From: Flaccisagitta enflata
Lineage: Eukaryota
Direction: 5' to 3'
NCBI GenBank assembly: GCA_965153355.1
Contig: OZ231126.1
Coordinates: 9,734,001 to 9,798,000 of the forward strand
Length of the DNA: 64,000 nucleotides
Shown: positions 37,055 to 50,729 of the stretch, in pieces
How positions within the stretch are numbered: the stretch's first letter is position 1
Layout: every line of letters begins with the position of its first letter
Position numbers and translations under genes: made by a program
The notes under the pieces: generated by a model
What the model was told of the DNA's origin: nothing
The model's database searches: none
The model's input: the letters and a program-made list of their open reading frames with translations, nothing else

Positions 37055-38264
37055 CGCTAAGCTTTTATCAAGTAGTATTTAACGGGCCTTAATATGCTTT
37101 TCCGGGTGCAAAATCTGATCATTTTTTTTCTGGAAACAAAAATCAGGCCGGACATAAGACAAGGTACGTTAGTCGCATGCAGATGTAGCACAGATATGAA
37201 TCTTTACTACATTTCCAATTTGTAATTTGCAAAAGTACAGGAATCATTACTACATTTGCATCTTAATATCTTCTAAACCAAAAATCAGAATTTTCTAAAA
37301 TATGCAGGGAACCGGAAGCTTTAATTGATGTGTAGGAGTATATTTCCTGCATGCTTCTTTGTTTTCATTTTTCATGCTAAAAATCGTTTAAGCTTATCCT
37401 TATTTTACATGCCACGCTCTATAGCTCGTAGCCTTCCATCCCCTTTTAGTTATTGATTCGAGCATTAGTGGCTTTAAAGATATGGTAAATTAATAACTGC
37501 ATGAGAACCCTTACTAACATTACTATCTAGAGCAAAAGTATGAAAACAGTTTAGTTGTTGCATGATTTTTACAAAACATTTTTGAAAAAAAACCTCAAGA
37601 ATATATCAAATATCTAGTTTAACATCTCAAAGGTTCAACAAGTCATTGAGTATGGGTTTTTGAACATATTGAAAAAAATAAACGCATTATGTACCTTCCT
37701 TTCCATGAAAACTGTTATGGATCATTCTTTAGTCTATACTCTTTGTAGCTTTTTTTGCAACCACAATTCGGTCAATAAGATACAATGAGTCTATGGCGTT
37801 GTAGAAGGGATCAAAAACTAGATGAAAAAAGCTTCAAAATTACAGTCCCCGACTGGGGACTGTAATTTTTGAAGCTTTCTCGTTGCGTAAACGCAACTCG
37901 ATGAGATACAGGACAAGACAGCAATTTCAAGAAAAAAAAATATTCAATATTGTTTTAATGATGACATAACTTGATAATGATAACAATAGTGGATGATGAT
38001 AATGACAACAATGAATGATAATGACAACAAAAATCTAAGAAAAAAATAATCAAAAAAATCTCAAAAAAAATTTTCAAAAAAAAAATTTCAAAAAAAAAGA
38101 TTTTTTCAAAAAAAATTTTCAAAAAAAAATTTTCCAAAACAATTTTTTAAAAAATTTTAAAAAAAAATTTAAAAAAAAAAAACTTTTCCAAAAAAATTTT
38201 CCAAAAAATTTTTTTTTAAAATTTCAAAATTTTTTTTTCAAATTTAAAAAAAACTAAGTAGTCG

Positions 38265-39540
38265 AGGATGATGACAGTAGATGAAGATGATGACAGTAGA
38301 TGAAAATGATGACAGTAGATGAAGATGATGACAGTAGATGAAGATGATGACAGTAGTTGAAGATGATGAGAGTAGTTGAAGATGATGAGAGTAGTTGAAG
38401 ATGATGAGAGTAGTTGAAGATGATGAGAGTAGTTGAAGATGATGACAGTAGTTGAAGATGATGAGAGTAGTTGAAGATGATGACAGTAGTTGAAGATGAT
38501 GACAGTAGTTGAAGATGATGACAGTAGTTGAAGATGATGACAGTAGTTGAAGATGATGACAGTAGTTGAAGATGATGACAGTAGATGAAAATGATGACAG
38601 TAGTTGAAGATGATGACAGTAGTTGAAGATGATGACAGTAGTTGAAGATGATGACAGTAGTTGAAGATGATGACAGTAGATGAAAATGATGACAGTAGTT
38701 GAAGATGATGACAGAAGTTGAAGATGATAGTTGAAGTTGAAGACATATTGACAGTGGTTGAAGATGATGACAGAAGTTGAAGATGATGACAGTAGCTGAA
38801 GATGATGACAATAGTTGAAGATGATGACAGTAGTTGAAGATGATGACAGAATTGAAGATGATGACAGTAGTTGAAGATGATGACAGTAGCTGAAGATGAT
38901 GACAGTAGTTGAAGATGATGACAGTAGTTGAAGATGATGACAGAAGTTGAAGATGATGACAGAAGTTGAAGATGATGACAGTAGTTGAAGATGATGACAG
39001 TAGTTGAAGATGACAGAAGTTGAAGATGATGATGATGGTAGTTGAAGATGATGACAGTAGTTGAAGATGATGACAGAAGGAAGATGATGACAGAAGCTGA
39101 AGATGATGACAGTAGTTGAAGATGATGACAGTAGTTGAAGATGATGACAGTTGTTGAAGATGATGACAGTAGAAGATGATGACAGTAGTAGAAGATGATG
39201 AGTAGATAGTAAGTTGAAGACATGTAGTTGAAGATGATGACAGTAGTTGAAGATGATGACAGTAGAAGAAGATGATGACAGTAGTTGAAGATGATGACAG
39301 TAGATGAAGATGATGACAGTAGTAGAAGATGATGACAGTAGTAGAAGATGATGACAGTAGTAGAAGATGATGACAGTAGTTGAAGATGATGACAGTAGTT
39401 GAAGATGATGACAGTAGTTGAAGATGATGACAGTAGTAGAAGATGATGACAGTAGTAGAAGATGATGACAGTAGTTGAAGATGATGACAGTAGTTGAAGA
39501 TGATGACAGTAGTTGAAGATGATGACAGTAGTTGAAGATG
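38265..39540. repeat. 19-bp minisatellite GAAGATGATGACAGTAGTT
   Basis: About 1.3 kb of tandem copies inside element copy A. Confidence 0.95.
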
Positions 39541-40039
39541 AATCTTGAAATCCATGATGGCAAACCTAAAGAAAAATCAGAATGTAATAAATGAGCAAGT
39601 AAACAAATTCATCAACTCCAATCCTCTATACAAATCGCCTAAGTCCTAGTAACATATTACTACATTAATAAGCTTATATCTTATAAAGCAGACTTCAGAT
39701 TTAATTCGAATTTTGCAGGGGCAGTTCAATTAATATCCTTTACTTGTATACCAAATTGAAAAAGAATTCACATAACTTTGCTACCCTTTGCCTATGTAAA
39801 CTGCCTAAGTCATAGTAACATATTACTACATAAATAAGCTAATATCTTATAAACCAGACTTCAGATATAATTCGAATTTTGCAGGGGTTATTTATTTACT
39901 ACCCTCTACTTGTGTACCAAATTAGAAAAAAATTCACATACCTTTACCACCCTTTGCCTATGTAAATGGCCTAAGTCCTAGCAACATACTACTAGACAAA
40001 TTGAGAAATATCTCACTGTCTCCTGCGTTTCAAGCAAAA

Positions 40040-43000
40040 GTGTCAACCAAAGAGTCAACCAGGTCAACCAAATAGTCAACCAGGTCAACCAAAGAGTCAA
40101 CCAGGTCAACCAAACAGTCAACCAGGTCAACCAAACAATCAACCAGGTCAACCAAACAGTCAACCAGATCAACCAAATAGTCAACCACAGAGTCAACCAG
40201 GGAGCCAAGCAAAGAGTCAGCCAAGGAGTCAGCATGGAGTCAGCCAAGGAGTCAGCCAAGGAGTCAGCCAGGTCAACCAAATGTTAACCAAAGTGTCAAC
40301 CAAAGTGTCAACCTGAGAGTCAATGCAAAAGTATTTCCTAGACAACTGGTGGACACAAAAGCGAGTCAGCCAGAATGTAACTAGAGAGTCAACCAAAGTC
40401 TGAATATTTCAACTAGACCAGATTTCGGTTGACTTTTTGGTTGACTTTTGCTGACTTTTTGATATTTAAGTTGGATATTTTGGTTGACATTTATTGACAT
40501 TTTGGTTGACATTTTGGTTGACATTTTGGTTGACATTTTTTACATATTTGCTGACATTTTATGACATTTTGAATGACATTTTGGTTGACATTTTGGTTGA
40601 CATTTTGGTTGACTTTTTGGTTGACTTTTTGGTTGACTTTCTGGTTGACTTTCTGGTTGAATCTCTGGTTGACTTTTTCATTGACTCTCTGGTTGACTTT
40701 TTCATAGACTCTCTGGTTGACTTTCTGGTTGATTTTCTCATAGATTGTCTGGTTGACTTTCTGGTTGATTTTCTCTTAGATTGTCTGGTTGACAATGGTT
40801 GAATTTCTGGTTTTATCTCTCAAGGCTGTTTGGCTGACTCTGGTTGAGTTTCTCAAAGACTCCCTGGTTGACATTCTGGTTGACTCTTTGGTTGACTTCC
40901 TGGTTGAACCTCTGACTTTTACATAGACTCTCTGGTTGACTTTTTCATAGACTCTCTGGTTGACTTTTTCAAAGACTCTCTAGCTGACTACCTGGTTGAA
41001 TATTTTGTAGGCTCTCTGGTTGATTTTCTTATAGACTCACTATTTGACTGGTTGATTTTTGCATAGATTGTCTTGTTGACACTGGATACAATTATCAGTC
41101 TCTCTGGCTGAATTTCCCTTAGACTCACTGGTTGACTAAGGCTGCTGGGCTGCTGCTGGTTGATTTTTCTTAGGAGCCAATTTCATGATCCTGCTGCTGC
41201 TGTTCTATTATATAAGGGTATATATAAGGATGGTTGGGGCTATAAGGCAGGTTTAAAGGGGATTTATTACTGCAGCAGTCAAACAGCGCAGCAATAACAG
41301 ATGAGAACCTAAGTTAAGAAATGATTTGCTTGCAGCAGCCACAGCAGAGCAGGACTCGTTAATATTTTGGTTGACCATTTGGCTGACCATTTGGCTGACC
41401 TTTTGGGTGACTCCCTGGTTGACTCTCAGGTTTACTTTTTCATCGATTGTCTGGTTGCATCTTTGGTTTACATTCTGGTTGTATCTCTTATGGCTGTCTG
41501 GCTGACTCAGGTTGAGTTTCTCAAAGACTCCTTGGTTGACTTTATGGTTGACTTTGGTTGACCTTCTGGTTGACACTCTGGTTGACTTTCTGGTTGACAC
41601 TCTGGTTGACTTTCTGGTTGACTTTCTCATAGACTTTCTGGTTGACTTTTTGGTTGACTCTCTGGTTGACTGTCTCAGACTCTCTGGTTGACTTTCCCTT
41701 AGACTCACTGGTTGACTTTTTTATACTCTGGTTGACTTTTTCATCGACTCTCTGGTTGACTTTCTGGTTGATTTTCTCATAGATTCTCTGGTTGACTTTC
41801 TGGTTGATTTTCTCATAGACTCTCTGGTTGACTTTTGGGTTGACTCTCTGGTTGACTGTCTCAGACTGGTTGACTTTCTTATAGACGCTCTGGTTGACTT
41901 TCCCTTAGACTCACTGGTTGACTTTTTCATAGACTGGTTGAATTTCTGGTTGATTTTTTCATAGATTCTCTGGTTGACTTTCTGGTTGATTTTCTCTTAG
42001 ATTGTCTGGTTGACAATGGTTGACATTCTGGTTGTATCTCTCAAGGCTGTTTGGCTGACTCTGGTTGAGTTTCTCAAAGACTCCCTGGTTGACGTTCTGG
42101 TTGACTCTGGTTGACTTTTTGGTTGACTCTCTGGTTGACTTTTTCATAGACTCTGTGGTTGACTTTTTCAAAGACTCTAGCTGACTCCCTGGTTGATTAT
42201 TTTGTTGGCTCTCTGGTTGACTTTTTCAAAACTATCTAGCTGACTCCTTGGTTGATTATTTTGTAGGCTCTCTGGTTGATTTTCTTATAGACTCACAAGT
42301 TGACTGGTTGATTTTTGCATAGATTGTCTTGTTGACACTGGACACAATTATCAGTCTCTCTGGCTGAATTTTCCTTAGACTCACTGGTTGACAAAGGCTG
42401 CTGGGCTGCTGCTGGTTGATTTTTCCTTAGGAGCCAATTTCATAATTTGCTGCTGCTGCTGTCTATTATATTATAAGGGTAAATAAGGATGGTTGGGGCT
42501 ATAAGGCAGGGGTTTAAAGGGGTATTTACGCCGCAGCAGTCAAACAGCGCAGCAATAACAGATGATAACCTATGTTAAGAAATGATTTGCTTCCAGCAGC
42601 CACAGCAGAGCAGGACTCGTAAATATTTTGGCTGACCTTTTGGCTGACCTTTTGGCTGACCTTTTGGCTGACCTTTTGGCTGACCTTTTGGCTGACCTTT
42701 TGGCTGACCTTTTGGCTGACTGGCTGACTCCCTGGTCGACTCTCTGGTTTACTTTTTCATAGATTGTCTGGTTGAATCTTTGGTTGACATTGTGGTTGTA
42801 TCTCTTATGACTGTCTGGCTGACTCAGATTGAGTTTCTCAAAGACTCCCTGGTTGACTTTTTGGTTGACACTCTGGTTGACGGTCTCAGACTCTCTGGCT
42901 GACTTACTTATAGGCTCTCTGGTTGACTTTCCCTTAAGACTCACTGGCTGACTTTTTTATTGACTCTCTGGTTGACTTTTCATAGACTCTCTGGTTGACT

Positions 43001-43810
43001 TTTTCATAGACTCTCTGGTTGACTTTTTCATAGACTCTCTGGTTGACTTTTTCATAGACTCTCTGGGTGACTTTTTCATAGACTCTCTGGGTGACTTTTT
43101 TATAGACTCTCTGGGTGACTTTCTGGTTGATTTTCTCATAGCTTCTCTGGTTGACTTTCTGGTTGATTTTCTCTTAAATTGTCTGGTTGACAATGGTTGA
43201 CATCCTGGATTCATCTCTCAAGGCTGTTTAGCTGACTCTGGTTGAGTTTCTCAAAGACTCCCTGGTTGACTCTTTGGCTGACTCTTTGGCTGACTCTCTG
43301 GTTGACTTTTTCATAGACTCTGTGGTTGACTTTTTCAAAGATTCTCTAGCTGACTCCCTGGTTGAATATTTTGTAGGCTCTCTGGTTGATTTTCTTATAG
43401 ACTCACAAGTTGACTGGTTGATTTTTGCATAGATTGTCTTGTTAACACTGGACACAATTATCAGTCTCTCTGGCTGAATTTTCCTTAGACTCACTGGTTG
43501 ACAAAGGCTGCTGGGCTGCTGCTGGTTGATTTTTTCCTTAGGAGCCAATTTCATGATTTCCTGCTGCTGCTGTCTATTATATTATAAGGGTATATATCAG
43601 GATGGTTGGGGCTATAAGGCAGGGGTTTAAAGGGGGATTTACGCCGCAGCAGTCAAACAGCGCAGCAATAACAGATGAAAACCTAAGTTCAAAAACAGTT
43701 TGCTTGCAGCAGCCACAGCAGAGCAGGACTGGGTAATATTTTGGTTGACCTTTTGGCTGACCTTTTGGTTGACTCCCTGGTTGACTCTCTGGTTGACACC
43801 CTGGTTGACA
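40040..43810. repeat. GGTTGACT-core satellite with a ~1.2-kb higher-order repeat and an orientation switch near 40410
   Basis: GTCAACC units 40040-40395, then GGTTGAC units; the block CTGCTGCTG..TATAAGGG..GGATGGTTGGGGCTATAAGGCAGG recurs near 41190, 42450 and 43560. Confidence 0.9.
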
Positions 43811-44749
43811 AAACTATTTCCCAAACTCACATATTTGAGAAAGTTTCCTTTGGGCCACAGCGTGGTAGTCTTTATTGACATAACAGGTCTCACAAAATTA
43901 GGCAGAAAGAGATGAAAACCTGTTGTAAAAAACATTGGAAATTCAAATATAATCAATTCAAGCGATGTATATCAACAATTTATGTTCATTTCATCAACAT
44001 AATGCGAAAAATTCCCCAAAAAAGCAAACGGCTATCTCCTAATGAACATAATTATGCAAATTAGTGAATGGTCACCAAATTTGGGATTAACATATTTTTG
44101 TGATTGTTGACTCTCAACATCACCCTTGTGTTATCAGCTGTTGTCAATTTACGTGGCTTTCTTTCTAAATAACTGACCCTCCTACATCGACTAACTGCAT
44201 TGCTCAACAAATAACAGTTTTTTTGCATCCCACTTTCTTAAAATGACGGACTGTATAGGTCTTTCCCCATGAAACCTCTTTTCCATAGAAATCAGCAATA
44301 AACTGACGCCTCACTTTCAGTACAACACACTATCTCGCCCTTCATGCGGGGAAGTCGCCAACATCGCTTTTCTATGTCAAAGTACTAACTCTTTGCTATC
44401 TCCATGTCAAATTTCATCATGCTGAGGGCATTTTTACTATCTATATTGATCATTTTAATTTTCCGCCTAATTATGTGAGACCTGTTACTGATTGGTAGAT
44501 TCAATTTTGTCGTCTTTAATGGATTTATTGTCTTTTTGTGATAACCAGCCTCAGAAAGCAAGTACGAGCAGGGAAAGATCAACTTCTAATGGGGGTAGGT
44601 CTGCCAATTCTGACAGAGAAAGATTTATTTATTCTGATATGACAAGTTATGACTTGTATCCTTATTCAAGGCAGAGTTACAGGTAACTCAGCATTATTAT
44701 GCAGACTGAAAAAAAGAACCAGCAGGAAAGAGACACTGATTAATTTAAT

Positions 44750-45690
44750 TGGGATATTGGGAATGAGGGCTATTAGGCAACAGTTGGGATAAAAGAGAAC
44801 TAGGGTTTAGGTTGCATTTGGGGTAGCAGAATAAGAATTAGGCCTTAGTTGGAATAAATAGGGACAGTATAAAAAAATCTCGGCAGCAGTTAGGTTATGG
44901 GATTAGGGGATAAGGAAGCAATTGGATAAATAAGGGCGAGGGAAAAGGAGGCAGTTTGGATTACTTAGGGCAAGGGATAAGACAGCAGTTGGGATAAAAA
45001 GGATGAGGGGATTTAGCAGAAGTAGGGATATGGAGGGATAAGGGAATTTTAGGCAGCAGCTAGGATATAGTAGGATGAGGGGATAGAGAACAAGGGGGAT
45101 AGGTAGCAGTTGGGATGAAAGCAGACAAGGATATTGGGCTGCAGTGGTGATGTAAGAGAACAGGGGGTAAGGCAGCAGTGGGGATGTAAGAAAACAGGGG
45201 ATTGGGGCATTAGGCGGCAGTGGGGATGTAGGAGAATGGGGATTGGGCAGCAATAGGGATAAATAAGGATGAGAGGAATAGAAAGAAGTTAGGATGAGGA
45301 CATGGTTAGACAGCAAATGGGACAAAAGAGGACACAGGGATCAGGCAGCAGTTGGGGTAAGAAAGGACAAAGGGATCAGGCAGCAATTGGGGTAAGAAAG
45401 GACAAAGGGATCAGACAACAGTTGGGGTAAGAAAGGACCAAGGGATCAGGCAGCAGTTGGGGTAAGAAAGGACAAAGGGATCAGGCAGCAATGGGCATAA
45501 GGAAGGATGAAGGGATGATAGCAGCAGTTGAATGTAAAATCAAAAGTGATTTGAGGCAGCAGTTGGGAGAAAGGAGAATAAGAGGTTTCAGGGGAGAAAA
45601 TGAGGACAATGATTTGAGGCAGTTTGAAGCAGCAGTTTGGATAAAAGGATTAGAGGGCTAAGGAAGCAGTTAGGATCTGGGGTATCACTT
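44750..45690. repeat. Degenerate ~35-bp purine-rich tandem repeat
   Basis: GGGATCAGGCAGCAGTTGGGGTAAGAAAGGACAAA is near perfect at 45338-45490 and degenerate on both sides. Confidence 0.8.
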
Positions 45691-48600
45691 AAAATAGGGA
45701 AGATTTGTAAAGAAAAAGAGAACCAGGCAGTTGTTAAGAGCAAAGATGACATGAAACAAAGATCTAGGTAACACCCATACTTGGTTGACTTTTTTCTATA
45801 CATTTTGTTTGACTTATTCATCAGTAAAGACACAATTGCTGGTTGACTTACTTGGTTGACTTTTTGTTTGACTTTCCTGTATATATACTAGTTGACTGTC
45901 ACACAATCTGGTTGCAACTTGCTTATAATTCTCTATAGTAGAATCTTTTTTCAGGCGATCAAATGACAAGAAAAATTTTCATCCTTCATTACTGTTTGAA
46001 ATTCGTCATAACCTTTCCTAGAAACCACCTTTAGTCATTCCTCGGGATATTGGCGCTTAGTGAAGTGTAGCACGCCGGCAAATGCAAGTTTTCACTTAAT
46101 TATGCAAATCAGCATGTCGCTTACAAACTGATTAGATTGGTCCGTTAAATGGATTACTCTAGAGAGAAAAGATCACTTTACTGACCAACAGCTCCAAAAG
46201 AGAAAAATGAAACTGCTTCAATTTCGCAAACAAAAACTCGATTTTGTGACTGGAAAAAATAACACCAATGCTTTTCTTGAAATCATGACTTCTGGATGAT
46301 CTTTCAACAGCAAAGCAGGAATCAATTCCGTGACTTGGTCAATGTAACAAAGCCAGGGCACCACTACCCGCGACAACTTAATCACAACATCAGGATAAGT
46401 TGCTTTTCATAGTTACAATTGTTATCATAAATTAAAAATAATTTTTGAACGCTTAACCAAGTTTTTACTGGACCGATAACTTTTTTAGACAAAATGAATT
46501 TTAAACCTCTTTTCCTACTGCAACTGGGGTTTCCTGCATAAGAATTTTGGTGAGAACATCAGTTGTTTAAAACCGGTATCATTTTACTGAGATGTGTTAG
46601 TGCACAAGATGGGTTAGTGCACGAGAGTGCGCGGCCGCTTAAAGCAGAATTTTCTTGTGTAGGGACACACTAAAAGCCTTTTAAGATGGGACCTCGCGTT
46701 CTCGTGAAAGAGTCCGTCCGTCCATCCATATTTCTGTCCTTCCTTTCCTTCTATCTGTTCATCCATATGAAGAACTATATACAGGCCTGTAAATAAATAT
46801 CTTTATTTTTTGTGAAATATAATTCTATCCACTGATCTAGGTCATCTTTGCCCCCATCTTGCTGTATTATAAGTGTAAAACCTTTTGTTCAAAATGCGTA
46901 GCTAAGCATTTCTAATGAAATAGCTGCTCTGAAAAACATGGGGGGGGGGGAAATATACAAACCTACACACATGAGCAAATACACACACTCACTCATTATC
47001 ATACTAAAAAATCCCAGGTTTACAACTTTTTCCATTTGGCGATAGGCACCTTTATTTTTAAATGGATGAATAAATGTAATGAGTGGTTGAATGAAATGGA
47101 TGGACGGACAAACCTATGGAGGGCGATGGCAACCCTGACAAGAAATGCAGGATCACAATATCATTCCTGACAGGGGGGGAGGGGCGTCCAACCCCCATCC
47201 ACACCTCAACTACTAAATGTCATGTTGATTTATACGGCAAGACCTTAGTCTCTTAAGCACGTTTCAACAAAATGAGATAATGATTGCCCAATTTATTCTT
47301 CCTTTTCAATCAATCTTGACCAGTTCTGACCCTTTTTTTTTGGCCAGTTTGGCCAGTGCACATGGTCAAGGAACAAATTGTCAAAATGCACCAGCTGTAG
47401 TACCTAAACCCCCTGAGTCACCATACCAAATTTCAGGAGTCTAGGCGTTCAAAGGTAAAATTTGTTTCAACATTTTGACGATGAAGATGAAAACAATGAC
47501 AACAATGACACCAACGCCGACGATGGGTTTCAATGACATAAGTTGTCAATTAGTGTTTCCCTTGTCAATAGCTTGCAATACTGGAATGACTTTATAATAG
47601 TCAAAATTCCATATGAATGTCCCCGGCAACTTTCACTTTGTTTCCCCTATTGTCTTAAAGGGTCGGAAATAGGGTCATCTTCCCACATGACCAGATATGA
47701 TGGTATCAAGTGCGTTTGTTTTTTTCTTTTATTTTTTTTGAAATAGTAGAAAACATGCCAACGATGGTAAAACAAAAGCCCAATCCAACATCAATTGCTT
47801 CACAATGGAGTATGACATGATGAGCACATATGGGACAAAATAGAACATGGCAACTTAAAGCGTCAAAAATAGGGCTAGTCTGAAAAGGGGATAAGGAAAT
47901 TGTTCCGCCAATGTGTCAATCATATCAGCTGTCATCTTTGATCTACTAGGCCTATCTCATGGGGCCAGTACAGAAAAAACACTTTCAATCACTGAATAAA
48001 CCCCAGAAAAAATATTTTGGACTCACACGAAGAATCAATGGAATAAAAGCAATTTTGTTGAAACTTAAACTTTAGCTCCTGAGCGAGATTTCTAGCGTGA
48101 AAATTAAGACAGCCTTAATTTTTTTGCATTTATCTCAAATGAGCCACTTTAGAGATAATACCAGGTTTCCCATGGTATATTGAAAGTAAAACCGGGCAAT
48201 AAAATTAGCATTTCTCTCTGCTACATATTTGTTACACAATTTATAACCAAAACTGATTGTTGTTTTGAACAGAAAACACATGAAAATTGCAGTTATGGGG
48301 GGAAATTCAACTTAGTTGCGACCAAAGGTACAGCTTCTGGGTAGAAAATTGCTTAGTCAGTGTGATGCAGATCGATATGTTGTTCAGATTACCTGACTTT
48401 GTAGAGACATTTGTAGAGACATTTGTAGAGACATTTGTAGAGACATTTGTAGAGACATTTGTAGAGACATTTGTAGAGACATTTGTAGAGACATTTGTAG
48501 AGACATTTGTAGAGACATTTGTAGAGACATTTGTAGAGACATTTGTAGAGACATTTGTGGAGACATTTGTAGAGACATTTGTAGAGACATTTGTAGAGAC

Positions 48601-49464
48601 ATTTGTAGAGACATTTGTAGAGACATATGTAGAGACATTTGTGGAGACATTTGTAGAGACATTTGTAGAGACATGTGTAGAGACATGTGTAGAGACATGT
48701 GTAGAGATATTTGTAGAGATATTTGTAGAGATATTTGTAGAGATATTTGTAGAGATATTTGTAGAGATATTTGTAGAGATATTTGTAGAGATATTTGTAG
48801 AGATATTTGTAGAGATATTTGTAGAGATATTTGTAGAGATATTTGTAGAGATATTTGTAGAGATATTTGTAGAGATATTTGTAGAGATATTTGTAGATAT
48901 TTGTAGAGATATTTGTAGAGATTTGTAGAGATATTTGTGTATTTTATTTTGTAGAGATATTTGTAGAGATATTTGTAGAGATATTTGTAGAGATATTTGT
49001 AGAGATATTTGTAGAGATATTTGTAGAGATATATGTAGAGATATTTGTAGAGATATATATATCTACAAATATCTCTACAAATATCTCTACAAATATCTCT
49101 ACAAATATCTCTACAAATATCTCTACAAATATCTCTACAAATATCTCTACAAATATCTCTACAAATATCTCTACAAATTGTTAGTCGCGTCGACGCATAT
49201 CGTAAGACTTCGTTGCTTAGTTACCCGAGTGTAAACAAATAGACAATAGAAACATCGACTACCGAAGACACGACGAAGCGACGGAGAAGATATCAACTGG
49301 ACTTAGAAACTAAATTGCGTCTATACGATCGTGTAACCATCTTGACCGATTAAACCCGTTCATAAAGTTATCACGCCGTATTGAAGACGTAGGGCCGTAG
49401 GCATTAGGGCGATACTAGGGCATTAGGGGACCTGAAGAAGTCTGCGGGGACTCTAAACCTGACA

Positions 49465-49475
49465 TTACACGATCG
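49465..49475 (+). promoter_or_regulatory. Putative self-priming primer-binding site TTACACGATCG
   Basis: Immediately follows the 5' LTR, lacks the TGG of tRNA-type sites, and is the exact reverse complement of LTR positions 49326-49336 (CGATCGTGTAA). Confidence 0.65.
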
Positions 49476-50729
49476 CTATACAGCACGCGATTGGACGCTC
49501 AAGTGAAAAGGTCACTTGAGTGAGATTTTCTCTCTGGGGATAGGAAACCCAGAGGGGCGAACTAGAATTAACCTAATGCCTTTAGTCGCTCTTTTGCTAA
49601 CGGTCAATCGACTCGGAACACGGAAATTCTTCGAACGGAACCAAGAATCGATTTCTTCTCTGGAGCGACGTCAGAATAGAACCAACAAGGACTTATTGGC
49701 GCGATTCTCATTTGAAAAAGAGCGCGCTCCGACCATCGAACATTTGACGTCGATAGGAAATAAAGGATCATCGACGCCGAGTATTAACGGAACCGTTGCG
49801 TGCTTCGCATAGCAAAAGGTCCTGGGATTAGCCACTCCACATTGGGTAAAGAGGGCGAAAAGAAATAATCAACTTTTGCCATGTGAAGCACCCAAACGGA
49901 ACCGCGAATTGCTTAATCTTTAAGTACACTGAGGGGGGTGGGGTTTTCGGAACCAAGAATCGATTTCTTCTCTGGAGCGACGTCAGAATAGAACAACAAT
50001 ACTTATTGATTTTTTGAAAAAGAGCGCGCTTCGAACAAGACGGATAGGAAATAAAATCATGACGCCGACCCCCCTACCGCGCAATTTACTCCTAAGAAAC
50101 GCGCGCTACGAACTCGACCATCTCGACGTTGGTAACATAAGAACATTATTGCACTTTAGATCATCGTTTACCGTCATTAAGGATAAACCTTACTTGACAA
50201 TTGATTGAACCAAATTACGCGAAGTACTCGACGTTGTTTCATGTCCAAGCTTGAGTGATACTCAAGTGTATTTGATATTAATTTTTGCTGATTGCTCAGG
50301 GAAAACCTGAGCCGTCTTTTCTCTTAATTTGCTATCACCGAAAAATCACCGATCGCTCACCGCTCATTATCGCGCGATCAGAATATGAGGAACACTACCG
50401 AATAAAGAAAAAAGAAAATGCATTTCTGATTTGATTCACTGAATTGTGAACACAGAAGATGTCTCCCGTTTCCTCTGACTTGAACACACGAAGTAAAAAG
50501 CGTAACTAGTTGACAATTGTTGAACAGTACACGAAGAAAGGGAACTTTCTTTTGAGAACCACGCCGCATGCGTTACGAAAATTGACACTTGGGGATGTCT
50601 CAAGTGCTGAGAGATTCCGGAATGATTTACTTTGCGCATGGATCACATCGCGCGATTTTCGTTTTTGAGACATGAAAGAGGTTTCTCTTGTTTCTGAGTT
50701 ACTACTCAAGTAGATTTTTTCCCACGAAA

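Noticed and set aside
38216-39563. Three overlapping 335-439 aa ORFs
   Set aside because: Phase-shifted readings of a 19-bp minisatellite that lacks stops on one strand.
44000-46600. Possible decayed LINE endonuclease (minus-strand peptides ILMQET, VGDFPA)
   Set aside because: Isolated short matches interrupted by stops; not supportable without a translated search.
49390-49430. TTAGGG-like motifs in the LTR, in a window that also contains POT1
   Set aside because: Only two or three non-tandem hexamers; not a telomeric array.
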